A stretch of DNA of 64,000 nucleotides from an uncultured Acidobacteriota bacterium. GTDB lineage: Bacteria; Acidobacteriota; Vicinamibacteria; Vicinamibacterales; UBA8438. Made by a program: the position numbers and the translations under genes. Positions 1-10,149 of the stretch are shown one piece after another. The notes under the pieces are model-generated. The model worked only from the letters and a program-made list of their open reading frames with translations, ran no database searches and was not told the origin of the DNA. Where the stretch lies: contig CAJWLU010000001.1 of assembly GCA_913043225.1 (NCBI GenBank), positions 160,001 through 224,000 of the forward strand, given 5' to 3'. Positions within the stretch are counted from its first letter, which is position 1. Each line of letters begins with the position of its first letter.

Positions 1-414
1 CGTGCCGAGCACTCGGTCTGGTTCACGGCCAGATGCAACGCTGGCTTCCTCGGCTCGGTGGGGGTCCTGCTGATCATCTTCGCCGAGTCGATCGTGGCGC
101 TCTTCACCACCGACATCTCGGTTGCGGCGATCGCCGTCGATTGTCTGGGGATCGTGAGCTACAGCTATGCGTTCTGGGCCTTCGGCCTGGTAACGGTCCA
201 AGCCTTCAACGGCTCGAGCGACACGACGACACCCACCTGGATCAACTTCTTCGTCTTCTGGGTGGTCCAGTTGCCGGTAGCGTGGGGCCTGTCGGGACCG
301 CTCGGGTGGGGACCGGCCGGCGTGTTCTGGGCCATCGCCGGATCACAGACGCTACTGGCCCTGGTGGGCGGGGCAGCGTTCCGACGCGGAGGCTGGAGAA
401 ACAGGGAGATCTGA
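1..414 (+). CDS. MATE family efflux transporter, C-terminal part (5' end outside window)
   Basis: Open frame from base 1; hydrophobic helices with QAFNGSSDT..P and G..GVFWAI; ends F.RG.W as typical MATE C-termini do. Confidence 0.8.
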   Translation, partial: RAEHSVWFTARCNAGFLGSVGVLLIIFAESIVALFTTDISVAAIAVDCLGIVSYSYAFWAFGLVTVQAFNGSSDTTTPTWINFFVFWVVQLPVAWGLSGPLGWGPAGVFWAIAGSQTLLALVGGAAFRRGGWRNREI

Positions 415-444
415 TGAAGGTCGAAGAAATCGAGCAGAGATGAT

Positions 445-651
445 ATGACCGCAAAGAGCGAACGAATCGATGCGCTGGAAGCGCACGTGGCGTTCCAGGA
501 CGACACCGTCCGCCAGCTGAACGACGCGCTAGTGGCACAGCAGGTGCGTCTGGATCGGATGCAGGCCGAGCTCGAACAGGTCGTCAACGCAATGAAGGCG
601 TGGAACGAGACCTCGCCGCCGCCAGGCGACGAGCGACCGCCGCACTACTGA
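445..651 (+). CDS. slyX: SlyX family protein
   Basis: RIDALEAHVAFQDDTVRQLN coiled coil and C-terminal ERPPHY signature. Confidence 0.9.
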   Translation: MTAKSERIDALEAHVAFQDDTVRQLNDALVAQQVRLDRMQAELEQVVNAMKAWNETSPPPGDERPPHY

Positions 652-668
652 GACACCCTCCGTCGCCG

Positions 669-2501
669 CTAGCTTTCCTTCTTCGGTCGCTGGTTCGCCG
701 CGAGCACCCGCTTCCGTAGCCGAATGCTGCCGGGCGTGATCTCGACGAGTTCGTCGTCGTTGATGAACTCGATCGACTGCTCTAGGTTAAGCAGGCGGGG
801 GGGCACGAGTCGCAGGGCGTCGTCGGCGCTGGCAGCGCGCATGTTGGTGAGCTTCTTCTCTTTCGTGACATTGACGTCCATGTCGGCCGGGCGGGCATTC
901 TCGCCAATGACCATCCCCTCATAGACCTCGGTGCCAGTGTCGATGAAGATCTCGCCGCGCTCCTGCAGATTGTAGATGGCATAGGCGGTCGACTTCCCGT
1001 TGCGGTCGGCAACGAGCACCCCGCTCGGGCGTCCGGCGATCGGGCCGTGCCACGGTTCCCACCCGGCAAACAGGTGGTTCATGATGCCGGTGCCCCTGGT
1101 ATCGGTCAGGAACTGCGAACGGAACCCGATCAGGCCTCGGGTGGGGATCCGGAACTCCAGCCGGATGCGCCCGCTCCCGTGGTTCACCATCCGGGTCATC
1201 GTCGCCCGTCGGTTCCCAAGCTGCGCGATGACCACGCCCTGGTAGTCCTCGACCACGTCGATCACCAGATCCTCGACCGGCTCCTCCACGACCCCTTTCT
1301 GCTCTCGGGTGACGATCTCGGGGCGGGACACCTGCAGCTCGTAGCCTTCGCGCCGCATCATCTCGATGAGAATCGAGAGCTGGAGCTCTCCCCGGCCCAC
1401 CACCTTGAGCTGCTCGGGCGAATCGGTGTCCTCAACCCGGATCGAGACGTTGCCGATCAGCTCCCGTTCGAGGCGGTCGCGCAGATTGCGAGAGGTGACG
1501 TACTGGCCGTCGCGGCCTGCCATCGGTGACGTGTTCACCCCGAAGATCATCGAAACGGTCGGCTCGTCGACATGGAGCGGCGGAATCGGCTGCGGGTCGT
1601 CGGGATTGGTGATGGTCTCGCCGATGGTGATGTCCTCGATGCCGGCCAGGCAGATCACGTCACCGGCGGCAGCCGCCTCAACTTCGGTCCGTTGCAGGCC
1701 GTCGAACATGTAGAGCTTGGTCACGCGGGTCCGACCGACCGAGCCATCGAGCTTGGAGACCGCGATCGGATCTCCCAGCGCCACTCGCCCGTTGACGATC
1801 CGGCCGATCGCAATCCGCCCCAGGTAGTCGCTCGAATCCAGGTTGGCGACTAGCACCTGCAGCGACGCTTCGGGGTCGCCAGCCGGGGGCGGCATACGTT
1901 CGACGATGGTGTCGAGCAACGGCCTGAGGGTCTCCCCGGGCTCGGCCAGGTCGAGGGTGGCAGTACCCGCCTTCGCGTTGGCGTAGATGACCGGAAACTC
2001 GATCTGCTCCTCGCTGGCATCCAGGTCGATGAACAGGTCATAGACCTCGTCGAGCACCTCGGCCGGCCGGGCGTCCTGCCGGTCGATTTTGTTGATAACC
2101 ACGATGGGGGGCAGCCCCTGTTCGAGCGCCTTCCGCAACACGAACCGGGTTTGCGGCAGCGGGCCCTCCGAGGCGTCCACGAGCAGTAGGACACCGTCGA
2201 TCATCGTCAGCGTCCGCTCCACCTCACCGCCGAAATCGGCGTGCCCTGGGGTGTCGACGATGTTGATGACGAGGTCGCGATACCGGATGGCCGTGTTCTT
2301 GGCCATGATGGTGATCCCGCGCTCGCGCTCGAGGTCGATGTTGTCCATCGCCCGTTCCTCGACACGCTCATTCGCTCGGAAGACGCCGCTCTGGTGTAAC
2401 AACGCGTCGACGAGCGTCGTCTTTCCGTGATCGACGTGGGCGATGATGGCGATGTTGCGTCGGAGAGGATTGGCCACTCCGGCGTCGGCAGGTGCTCTCA
2501 T
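669..2501 (-). CDS. typA: Translational GTPase TypA/BipA
   Basis: [48 protein letters not shown]; 610 aa. Confidence 0.97.
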   Translation of the reverse strand: MRAPADAGVANPLRRNIAIIAHVDHGKTTLVDALLHQSGVFRANERVEERAMDNIDLERERGITIMAKNTAIRYRDLVINIVDTPGHADFGGEVERTLTMIDGVLLLVDASEGPLPQTRFVLRKALEQGLPPIVVINKIDRQDARPAEVLDEVYDLFIDLDASEEQIEFPVIYANAKAGTATLDLAEPGETLRPLLDTIVERMPPPAGDPEASLQVLVANLDSSDYLGRIAIGRIVNGRVALGDPIAVSKLDGSVGRTRVTKLYMFDGLQRTEVEAAAAGDVICLAGIEDITIGETITNPDDPQPIPPLHVDEPTVSMIFGVNTSPMAGRDGQYVTSRNLRDRLERELIGNVSIRVEDTDSPEQLKVVGRGELQLSILIEMMRREGYELQVSRPEIVTREQKGVVEEPVEDLVIDVVEDYQGVVIAQLGNRRATMTRMVNHGSGRIRLEFRIPTRGLIGFRSQFLTDTRGTGIMNHLFAGWEPWHGPIAGRPSGVLVADRNGKSTAYAIYNLQERGEIFIDTGTEVYEGMVIGENARPADMDVNVTKEKKLTNMRAASADDALRLVPPRLLNLEQSIEFINDDELVEITPGSIRLRKRVLAANQRPKKES

Positions 2502-2625
2502 GATTGATACGGTCTCGGTCGACGTGCGTAACCTCTAAGTACACCACGAATCAGACTGGTAGATGCGTATCCGCCCTGCAATAATCGGAGCTTCTCGAAC
2601 AAATTTTCGCCAAGGAGTCAATCAA

Positions 2626-3921
2626 ATGAGACGCAAGTTCGACCTGCGCTGGCTTTCGCCGGTTCTTCTCGCGGCGCTCTCCACGGCCTGTACCGCCCCG
2701 GTGGGCGGCGCAGCGGTCGAGGCAGACAGCGCTCGTGACCTCGCCGTGGTCGCCCCCGAGTCAGTGGGCGTCTCGTCGGCTCGCCTGGAGCGCCTGGAAG
2801 AGGGCATGCAGGCCTTTGTCGACGACCGGCGGCTCTCGGCGGTCCACACGGTGATGGCCAGACACGGCAAGATCGTCCACTCGAGCCTGGCTGGAGTGAG
2901 GGACATCGAGAGCGGCGAGCTGCTGACCGAGGACTCGATCTACCGCATCTACTCGATGACCAAGCCGATCACCGGCGTGGCCATGATGATGCTCTACGAA
3001 GAGGGAAAATGGCGGCTCAACGACCCGGTGACCAAGTTCGTCCCCAAGTTCGAAGGGCTGCAGGTCTATGCCGGCGATGATGCCAATGGCGACCCGATCC
3101 TCGAGCCGGCCAAGCGCTCGATGACCATGCAGGAGCTGATGAGCCACTCGTCCGGGCTGGCCTATGGGCTCGGCGCGGGGAACGCGGTGGACCAGATGTA
3201 TCGCGAGCGACGGGTGCTCGACTTCAGCCAGCCGCTCCAGGCGATGATCGACAACCTGGCGGAGATCCCGCTGCTCTACCAGCCGGGGGACCGCTACTTC
3301 TACAGCATCGCCGTCGACGTCCAGGGCTACATCGTGGAGAAGCTCTCAGGGCAATCGTTCGACGAGTTCCTGCAGGAGCGCATCTTCGACCCGCTCGGCA
3401 TGATCGACACCGCCTTCTACGTGCCCGAGAGCAAGATCGACCGGCTGGCATTGATCCATGGCGAGGACGAGGAAGGCGCTTTGACGCTTCCGCCCATGGG
3501 CGCGATGCCCACCACGCCTCCGGCAGGCAGCTCCGGCGGCGGTGGCCTCTACAGCACGATGGCTGACTACGTCCGGTTCGTGCAGATGGTGCTGAACGAG
3601 GGTGAGCTGGACGGCGTGCGTTTCCTGGCGCCGCGGAGCATCGAGCAGATGCGGACCAACCACCTGAGCGACCAGGCGCTGTCGACGATGTCGCCGGGCA
3701 ACGGCTTCGGCCTCGACTTCGGTGTCGTGATGGATCCGGCCGCGGCCGGCGAGCCCTACTCCAAGGGGGCGTTCCGCTGGGGCGGCGCCGCCGGCACCTG
3801 GTTCTGGATCGACCCGGTCGAGGACTTCGTGTTCGTCGGCATGATCCAGCACCGCGGGCGAGCGGTCCGAGACGTGCAGGGCCAGTCGCGGAATCTCGCG
3901 TACCAGGCGATTCTGGACTGA
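2626..3921 (+). CDS. Beta-lactamase-family serine hydrolase, probable lipoprotein
   Basis: SMTK (SxxK) motif, YS motif, GGGGLYST, WGGAAGT; lipobox-like LSTAC; AAGGAG upstream of ATG 2626. Confidence 0.88.
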   Translation: MRRKFDLRWLSPVLLAALSTACTAPVGGAAVEADSARDLAVVAPESVGVSSARLERLEEGMQAFVDDRRLSAVHTVMARHGKIVHSSLAGVRDIESGELLTEDSIYRIYSMTKPITGVAMMMLYEEGKWRLNDPVTKFVPKFEGLQVYAGDDANGDPILEPAKRSMTMQELMSHSSGLAYGLGAGNAVDQMYRERRVLDFSQPLQAMIDNLAEIPLLYQPGDRYFYSIAVDVQGYIVEKLSGQSFDEFLQERIFDPLGMIDTAFYVPESKIDRLALIHGEDEEGALTLPPMGAMPTTPPAGSSGGGGLYSTMADYVRFVQMVLNEGELDGVRFLAPRSIEQMRTNHLSDQALSTMSPGNGFGLDFGVVMDPAAAGEPYSKGAFRWGGAAGTWFWIDPVEDFVFVGMIQHRGRAVRDVQGQSRNLAYQAILD

Positions 3922-3928
3922 CGCCGCT

Positions 3929-3981
3929 AGGAGTCAGGAGACAGGAGTCAGGAGAAAACCTGGCTTCTGTCCCCTGACTAC
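3929..3981. repeat. Heptamer tandem repeats with inverted copies (hairpin between convergent genes)
   Basis: AGGAGTC AGGAGAC AGGAGTC AGGAGAA (3929-3956) then TGGCTTC TGTCCCC TGACTAC (3961-3981), degenerate reverse complements. Confidence 0.7.
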
Positions 3982-3989
3982 CAGCGGAG

Positions 3990-5171
3990 CTAGTTGGCGA
4001 CGTACTTGGTGATGCCGCCGCCAGCGGTGGGGCGCGAACCGGGGCCCTCGGCCGCGTAGATGTTCCCGTCGGCGTCAACGGCCACACCTTCACCCGCCAC
4101 GCCCTGCAACACGCGCGTCTGGTGCGCATGCGGCGGGACGAAGCCGGTCAGCTGATCCTCGCCGGCCGGCCCGATCCGCACTCCCGTCATCCAACCAGGG
4201 TGGTTCCCAGGTGTCGACTCGGAGTCGATCGCGTAAAGCGTGTCGTCGTCGGTGATAAACAACCCGCTGATCCGGCTGTAGGCCATCAGGATCAGCGGCT
4301 GCACGCCGTCGGCGTTCGGATTCCCGTCGATCGCGTTGCCGTCGAGGTCGAACACCTGGATGCGGTGATTGCCACGGTCGGCCACATAGAGCCGTCCCTG
4401 CGAGTCAATCTCCATCGCGTGCGGCGTCCGGAACTGGCCAGGCCGGAACCCGATCTCGCCCCACTCCTTGATGAAGTTACCCTCGCTGTCGTACTTAAGG
4501 ATGCGACCGGTCGCGCCCTCGGGCGGGTTGAGGCCCTGGCCGCTATGCCCATCCGAGACGAAGATGTCGCCATTGGACGCCGTGATCACGTCGCACGGCT
4601 CGTTCAGCTGACCGGGGCCACTTCCGGGCTGTCCGGCAGTCCCGAGCCGAAGGAGTTCTTGGCCCTCGGGGCTGAACTTGATGACCTGATGGCCCTTGGT
4701 CCCGGACTCGTTCCCCTGCGAGTCGGTGACCCACACGTTGCCGTCGTCATCGACGTGCAGACCATGCGGCAGGACGAACAGACCGGCGCCGAAGCTGGCC
4801 ATGATCTCGCCGGTGTCCTTGTTGAACTTGTAGACGGGGTTGCGCTCCGGATTCTCCTCACAGCCCCCGGCCAGCGCCAGCCCGCCGCAGCGGTCGTAGG
4901 CCCAGATATGGCCATCCGGTCCGACATCGATGCCGGCGGTCGAGCCCCACTCCTGTCCCTCGGGCAACGGCGCCCAGTTCAGAATGACTTCGCCAGTCGG
5001 ATTCGGCAGGTTGCCGTCGACCCAGTGGCTGTTGCCAGCGTCGGCCGGCGGCGCGGCGGTCTCGACTTCGGCCGCCGGGTCCGCCATCTCGCCGCCGCCA
5101 CACGCGATCGTCGTCGCACACGCGAGGGTCAGAGCCACGACCCCGCTCCGCCTCGTCAGAAACAGTCTCAC
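3990..5171 (-). CDS. NHL-repeat beta-propeller lipoprotein (peptidyl-hydroxyglycine lyase-like family)
   Basis: PHGLHVDDDGNVWVTD, PHAMEIDSQGRLYVADRGNHRIQVFD repeats; AGGAGG then GTG at 5171; lipobox-like TIAC. Confidence 0.82.
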   Translation of the reverse strand: MRLFLTRRSGVVALTLACATTIACGGGEMADPAAEVETAAPPADAGNSHWVDGNLPNPTGEVILNWAPLPEGQEWGSTAGIDVGPDGHIWAYDRCGGLALAGGCEENPERNPVYKFNKDTGEIMASFGAGLFVLPHGLHVDDDGNVWVTDSQGNESGTKGHQVIKFSPEGQELLRLGTAGQPGSGPGQLNEPCDVITASNGDIFVSDGHSGQGLNPPEGATGRILKYDSEGNFIKEWGEIGFRPGQFRTPHAMEIDSQGRLYVADRGNHRIQVFDLDGNAIDGNPNADGVQPLILMAYSRISGLFITDDDTLYAIDSESTPGNHPGWMTGVRIGPAGEDQLTGFVPPHAHQTRVLQGVAGEGVAVDADGNIYAAEGPGSRPTAGGGITKYVAN

Positions 5172-5236
5172 GTCCACCTCCTTGCTTCGTCGGTTTCCGG
5201 GGATCCTACCCCGCTCTCTTAGCCGGCGCACCCGCC

Positions 5237-5824
5237 TCAGCTCGTGGTTCGGTCGAGCCACTTCTCGGTGACCGGCGCCTCGTAGGCGTCCATCCGCTCC
5301 AGCAAACGCTCGGGACCCGTCTCGACGGCCAACATGGCCAGGTGCTCGGGCCGCACGAACCGCTCGGCCACCATCCAGTCGAGAAACTCGAGCAGCGGGT
5401 CGAAGTACGCGTCGACCTGGAGCAGGCCGCACGGCTTGGCGTGAAGCCCCAGCTGGCCCCAGGTCAACATCTCGAACAGCTCTTCCAGCGTCCCGAGCCA
5501 GCCTGGCAGTGCGACGACACCATCGGACAGCTCGGACATCGTCATCTTCCGCTCGTGCATCGACTCGACGACGCGGAGCTCGGTGAGCCCGGCGTGCGCG
5601 ACCTCCCGGGTGGCAAGATGGGACTGAATCACCCCCACCACCTCACCGCCCGCCGCGAGCACGGCATCGGCCAGCACCCCCATCAGCCCCACCCAACCGC
5701 CGCCGTAGACTAGGCTCGCCCCACACTCGACCAGTGCCGTCCCCAGAGCCCGGGTGGCCTCGCCGTAGGCCGGTCTGGCGCCCGGGCTAGCGCCGGCAAA
5801 GACACAGATCCGGTTCATGGCCAT
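5237..5824 (-). CDS. LOG family nucleotide phosphoribohydrolase (TIGR00730-like)
   Basis: ICVFAGAS, VYGGG.VGLMG, MHERK, ALPG.LGTLEE, W.QLG.HAKP. Confidence 0.9.
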   Translation of the reverse strand: MAMNRICVFAGASPGARPAYGEATRALGTALVECGASLVYGGGWVGLMGVLADAVLAAGGEVVGVIQSHLATREVAHAGLTELRVVESMHERKMTMSELSDGVVALPGWLGTLEELFEMLTWGQLGLHAKPCGLLQVDAYFDPLLEFLDWMVAERFVRPEHLAMLAVETGPERLLERMDAYEAPVTEKWLDRTTS

Positions 5825-5911
5825 CGATTCGCGCGCAGTATACCGGCCTCCGTGTAAACCGGTGTATCCTGCTGCCTTTGACAGGACGAAACCCGGTGTC
5901 TGGAGGCACGT

Positions 5912-7105
5912 GTGGGCAAGATTGAACAAGCGTGGCGAGACGGAATCTCTCGGAGACAAGCGCTGGCCGGCCTCGCATCGTTCATGGCCGCCTCGCCGCT
6001 GGTGCATGCGCAACGCGACCCCTGGCCCCTCGGCCCCCATCGCCGCTTTCTCGGTTTCGACGAGATGCGCGACGTGTTCGACTTCGAGCCGCTGTTCCGG
6101 GCCAACGTGCCACTCTCCATCTACGACTACACCGCGCACGGCACCGAGTCGGAGTTCACGCTCTACCGGAACCGCGACGCGTTCGACTGGGTGCAGCTGG
6201 TCGGTGGCGGTGGCGTCGACCCCGACACGGTGGACACCACCACTGAGCTATACGGGCGCAGCATGCCGAGCCCGATCATGCTGGCCCCGACCGCCCGACA
6301 GCGCGACTGCCACCCGGAGGGTGAGCTCGGCATGCACCGCGCCGCGACCACCGTCGGGGCGACCATGATCGTCAGCAATGTCTCGAGCTTCAGGTTTCCT
6401 GAAATCGCCGAGGCGGCAGAGGGCCCACTCTGGTTCCAACGCTACGCGACCGAGCAGATGGGTCCTAACGAAGAGGTGCTCGGCATGGCCCAGGAGGCCG
6501 GGGCCGAGACCATCGTGGTCACCATCGACCAGCAGGCGTCCTTCTACGAGCGCGACCTGCACGTGCGCCACACGGGCGGACGTCCTCGGACGGTCACCCG
6601 TCGCACACCCCAGAACCCGCCCAACCCCTATCGAGTCGGCGCGGGACGACTCTGGTACACGTGGGAACTCTTCGATGCGCTGAAACCGATGTGCGAGGTC
6701 CCCATGCTGGCCAAGGGCGTCCTCACCGGTGAAGGCGCGAAGAAGTGCCTGGACTACGGCGTCGAGGGCATCATCGTGTCGAATCATGGCGGCCGCGGCA
6801 TCGACTACGGCCCGTCGAGTCTCGAGGTGCTCGAAGAGGTGGTCGATGCGGTTGGCGGCCAGGTGCCGGTGCTCGTCGACAGCGGCTTCCGCCGCGGCAG
6901 CGACGCGCTGAAGGCGTTGGCGCTCGGCGCCAACGCCGTCTGCTTCGGCCGGGCCACCCGCTGGGGCCTGGGCGCGTTCGGCGAACCGGGCGCCCAGAAG
7001 GTGCTCGAGATCCTGAACGCCGAGCTTAAGCAGGCGATGGCGGCGGCCGGGGTCAAGTCGATCGCCGAGATCGACCGTAGCATCGTGAAGACGAAATTTC
7101 CGTAG
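5912..7105 (+). CDS. FMN-dependent alpha-hydroxy-acid oxidase family protein with twin-arginine signal
   Basis: PIMLAPT, WFQ.Y, AKG, VSNHGGR, VDSGFRRGSD..KALALGA; N-terminal SRRQAL plus hydrophobic stretch and VHA cleavage-like site. Confidence 0.88.
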   Translation: MGKIEQAWRDGISRRQALAGLASFMAASPLVHAQRDPWPLGPHRRFLGFDEMRDVFDFEPLFRANVPLSIYDYTAHGTESEFTLYRNRDAFDWVQLVGGGGVDPDTVDTTTELYGRSMPSPIMLAPTARQRDCHPEGELGMHRAATTVGATMIVSNVSSFRFPEIAEAAEGPLWFQRYATEQMGPNEEVLGMAQEAGAETIVVTIDQQASFYERDLHVRHTGGRPRTVTRRTPQNPPNPYRVGAGRLWYTWELFDALKPMCEVPMLAKGVLTGEGAKKCLDYGVEGIIVSNHGGRGIDYGPSSLEVLEEVVDAVGGQVPVLVDSGFRRGSDALKALALGANAVCFGRATRWGLGAFGEPGAQKVLEILNAELKQAMAAAGVKSIAEIDRSIVKTKFP

Positions 7106-7168
7106 TCCCTCAGGAGACAGCAGACGCGGGAGGGCTTCGCCGGGATCGGACCTCAGTACGGAGACGAG

Positions 7169-8191
7169 ATGACGATCGACAGACGGGAATCATTGCGACG
7201 GTTCGGGCAGTTCGTGACGGGCGCGTCCGGACAGGAACCGACCGGGGGCGGCGCCCCGCCCAACGATCGACTGGCGCCGGTGCTCGAACTGGTGAACGTC
7301 CCAGAGTTCGAAGCCATGGCGCGGCTCGTGCTCTCGGGGAAGCAGTACGGCCGGGTGAGCGGCGGCCAGCGACGGTCGTTCGACAAGATGACCTTCCGCC
7401 AGCGGCTGATGGTCTATGCGTCGGACCTCGATCTGACGACGCCGCTTTTCGGGCATGACATGTTCGCGCCGATCATCGTCGGACCGGTGAGCGGTCAGCG
7501 CGCGCTCCACCCCGAGGGTGAGGTGGCCACCGCGCGCGGGGCGTCAGACGGGAAGGCCGTGATGGTCGCCACCGGCGACTCGCCGGTCGACGAAGTGGTG
7601 GCGGCCAGCCAGCAGCCGGTCTGGTATCAGGTGTATGCCGACGCGTCAGGCGCGAGCGATGACGCGAGTCGGGCGGTCGACGCCGGGTGCCAGGCGGTGT
7701 GCGTGACCCTGGCGGTGTCGGAAGGGGGAGCCCCGACGGCCATCGACTGGGACACGCTCTCGAGCCTCAGCGCGGCCATCGACGTTCCGGTGCTGGCCAA
7801 GGGGATCATGAGCGTCGACCAGGCCCGCGCCGCACTCGACGCGGGTGTCGACGGCCTGGTGGTATCGAACCACGGCGGCGTCGTGGGCGGAGGCCAGGCG
7901 CTCCCGATCGACGTGTTGGCAGAGGTCTCGGACGCGGTGGCCGGAGCAGTTCCGGTGCTGGTCGACGGAAGCTTCCGCCGAGGCACGGACATCTTGAAGG
8001 GGCTCGCACTTGGCGCCAGCGCCGTGATGGTGGCCCGGCCGCCGATGTGGGGGCTCGCCGCCTACGGCGCCGAAGGGGTGCAGACAGTGCTCGAGCTGTT
8101 CCAGACCGAGCTGGCGAGGAACATGGCGTCGTCCGGACGACCGAAGATTGCCATGATCGACCGTGAGCTGGTGAGGCTCGACCAGTGGTGA
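7169..8191 (+). CDS. FMN-dependent alpha-hydroxy-acid oxidase family paralog with degenerate active site
   Basis: WYQVY, AKG, VSNHGG, VDGSFRRGTD..KGLALGA, ARP; lacks the Arg after HGG and the Asp of TVD. Confidence 0.83.
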   Translation: MTIDRRESLRRFGQFVTGASGQEPTGGGAPPNDRLAPVLELVNVPEFEAMARLVLSGKQYGRVSGGQRRSFDKMTFRQRLMVYASDLDLTTPLFGHDMFAPIIVGPVSGQRALHPEGEVATARGASDGKAVMVATGDSPVDEVVAASQQPVWYQVYADASGASDDASRAVDAGCQAVCVTLAVSEGGAPTAIDWDTLSSLSAAIDVPVLAKGIMSVDQARAALDAGVDGLVVSNHGGVVGGGQALPIDVLAEVSDAVAGAVPVLVDGSFRRGTDILKGLALGASAVMVARPPMWGLAAYGAEGVQTVLELFQTELARNMASSGRPKIAMIDRELVRLDQW

Positions 8192-8193
8192 AC

Positions 8194-10146
8194 ATGACCG
8201 CGCTCGTGACCCGAGGAACAATCGCCGCGGTCGCCTCAACCCTTTGCGTTGCTCCGGCGGCCGGGCAGATGGTCGAGTGGCGTCAGGTCGGCGCCGACCA
8301 GGGCGCATCGAAGTACTCGAGCGTCGGCGACATCGATCGATCCAACGTCAGCGAGCTCGAGATTGCCTGGGCCTGGGAACCCAACGAGCTTCCGAATCGC
8401 GAATTCAACACCCGCCCCGGCAGTTTCGAAGCGACGCCGCTGATGATCGACGGCGTGCTCTATCTGTCGACGATGTATACGCGCGTGGTCGCCCTCGATG
8501 CCGCCACCGGCGAGCAGCTCTGGGCGTTCGACCCCGAGGCGTATCGCACCGGGCCGCGGGGCGCCGGCCCCGGGGGCTACAAGCACCGTGGCGTCGCCGT
8601 CTGGGGCGAGGGCGACGACATGCGGGTGTTCATCAACAGCCGCGACAAGCTCTTCTCCCTTCGTGCTAGCGATGGCAGCCAGATCCGCTCGTTCGGCGAC
8701 GACGGGGCGGCGCTGCTGACCGAGAACTTCCCGAATCCGGTCACCAACGACGAATTCGACCAGACCTCGCCGCCGGTGGTCTTCGACGACCTGGTGATCG
8801 TGGGCAGCCGGGTGCCCGACCGGGTGCAGCGACGATTCGATACGCCTGGCTCGGTCCAAGCGTTCGATGTCCACACGGGTGAGCGGCGTTGGGTGTTCTA
8901 CACCGTCCCCCAATCGAACGACGCGTTCGGCGTCGATACCTGGGAGGACGGGTCGTGGCGCTTCACCGGTCACGCCAATGTGTGGGGTCTGATGTCGCTC
9001 GACGAAGAGCGCGGCCTCCTGTATGTGCCGACGAGCACCCCGAGCAGCGACTTTTGGGGTGGCCGTCGCCTGGGCGCCAATCTGTTCGCCGAATCGCTAG
9101 TGGTGCTCGACGCACGCACCGGCGAGCGAGAGTGGCACTTCCAGACGGTGCATCACGGCCTGTGGGACTACGACCTGACCTCGGCCCCGAACCTGGTCAC
9201 CCTCGACATCGACGGCAGAACCATCGAAGCGGTGGCAGAGGTCTCGAAACAGGGATTCACCTACGTCTTCGACCGCGTGACCGGTGAGCCGGTCTGGCCG
9301 ATCGAAGAGCGGCCCGTCGACGTCGAAACGGATGTGCCGGACGAAGTACCGTATCCGACCCAGCCGTTTCCAACCAAGCCGCCGCCCTTTGCCACCCAGG
9401 GCGTCTCACTTGAGGACGCGAACGACCTGACGCCGGAGATTCACCAGATTGCGGTCGAGGAGATGCAGACGTTCCGGCTGGGCCCGCTCTTCACCCCGCC
9501 GAGTCTTCGGGGCACCTTGCAACGGCCGCGGGTCGATGGCGGGGCCAACTGGGGCGGCGCCGCGCTCGACCCGGCCACGAACTTCCTCTATGTCCGCACC
9601 TCGGAAGGCGTGTCTCCGAATCAGGTATGCGCCATCGACCCGGGCGTCCCGGACGTCGACGTACCCTACACGAACAACTGTCCGCGGGGCGGATCGGCCG
9701 GCATTTTCCAGTATGTTGACGGCTACGTGCCGACCGAACGAAGCCGGCTTGGACCGATTCCGCTGATCAAGCCGCCCTACGCCAAGTTGGTTGCGATTGA
9801 CCTCAACGCGGGCGAGATCGCCTGGAGTGTCCCGTTTGGTGAAGGCAGCCGCATTCTGCGCAACCACCCGCTTCTCCGCGGAGTCGATCTGCCGGAGCGC
9901 CTCGGCACTCCTGGGGCGAACGGCCCGATGGTCACCGCCGGCGGTCTGGTCTTCCTGGGAGGCGGCGACCCGTATCTCTACGCGTTCGACGCGGCCACCG
10001 GAGATGAGGTGCACCGCGTACCGACCGAGTTCCGCACCAGCGGAAACCCGATGAGCTATCGCACGGCCGACGGCCGACAGCTGATCGTCATCGCCACCGG
10101 CGCCGGACCCGACGCCAGGCTGGTCGCCTTCGGGCTACCGGAGTAG
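8194..10146 (+). CDS. PQQ-dependent dehydrogenase (glucose/quinate dehydrogenase-like, exported); start could be GTG 8188
   Basis: FEATPLMIDGVLY, HRGVAVW, QTVHHGLWDYD, GGANWGG, KPPY; signal peptide. Confidence 0.88.
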   Translation: MTALVTRGTIAAVASTLCVAPAAGQMVEWRQVGADQGASKYSSVGDIDRSNVSELEIAWAWEPNELPNREFNTRPGSFEATPLMIDGVLYLSTMYTRVVALDAATGEQLWAFDPEAYRTGPRGAGPGGYKHRGVAVWGEGDDMRVFINSRDKLFSLRASDGSQIRSFGDDGAALLTENFPNPVTNDEFDQTSPPVVFDDLVIVGSRVPDRVQRRFDTPGSVQAFDVHTGERRWVFYTVPQSNDAFGVDTWEDGSWRFTGHANVWGLMSLDEERGLLYVPTSTPSSDFWGGRRLGANLFAESLVVLDARTGEREWHFQTVHHGLWDYDLTSAPNLVTLDIDGRTIEAVAEVSKQGFTYVFDRVTGEPVWPIEERPVDVETDVPDEVPYPTQPFPTKPPPFATQGVSLEDANDLTPEIHQIAVEEMQTFRLGPLFTPPSLRGTLQRPRVDGGANWGGAALDPATNFLYVRTSEGVSPNQVCAIDPGVPDVDVPYTNNCPRGGSAGIFQYVDGYVPTERSRLGPIPLIKPPYAKLVAIDLNAGEIAWSVPFGEGSRILRNHPLLRGVDLPERLGTPGANGPMVTAGGLVFLGGGDPYLYAFDAATGDEVHRVPTEFRTSGNPMSYRTADGRQLIVIATGAGPDARLVAFGLPE

Positions 10147-10149
10147 TCG

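Noticed and set aside
414..443. 9-aa ORF MKVEEIEQR between MATE and slyX
   Set aside because: Too short to support and out of frame with slyX; may only be an SD-containing spacer
2626..3921. Antibiotic-resistance beta-lactamase
   Set aside because: Motifs fit the broad esterase/serine hydrolase branch; sequence alone gives no support for resistance
9160..9180. WDYD in the PQQ enzyme as a lanthanide-binding signature
   Set aside because: HHxLWDYD is standard in the glucose/quinate dehydrogenase branch, and the protein lacks XoxF/ExaF features such as the vicinal CC
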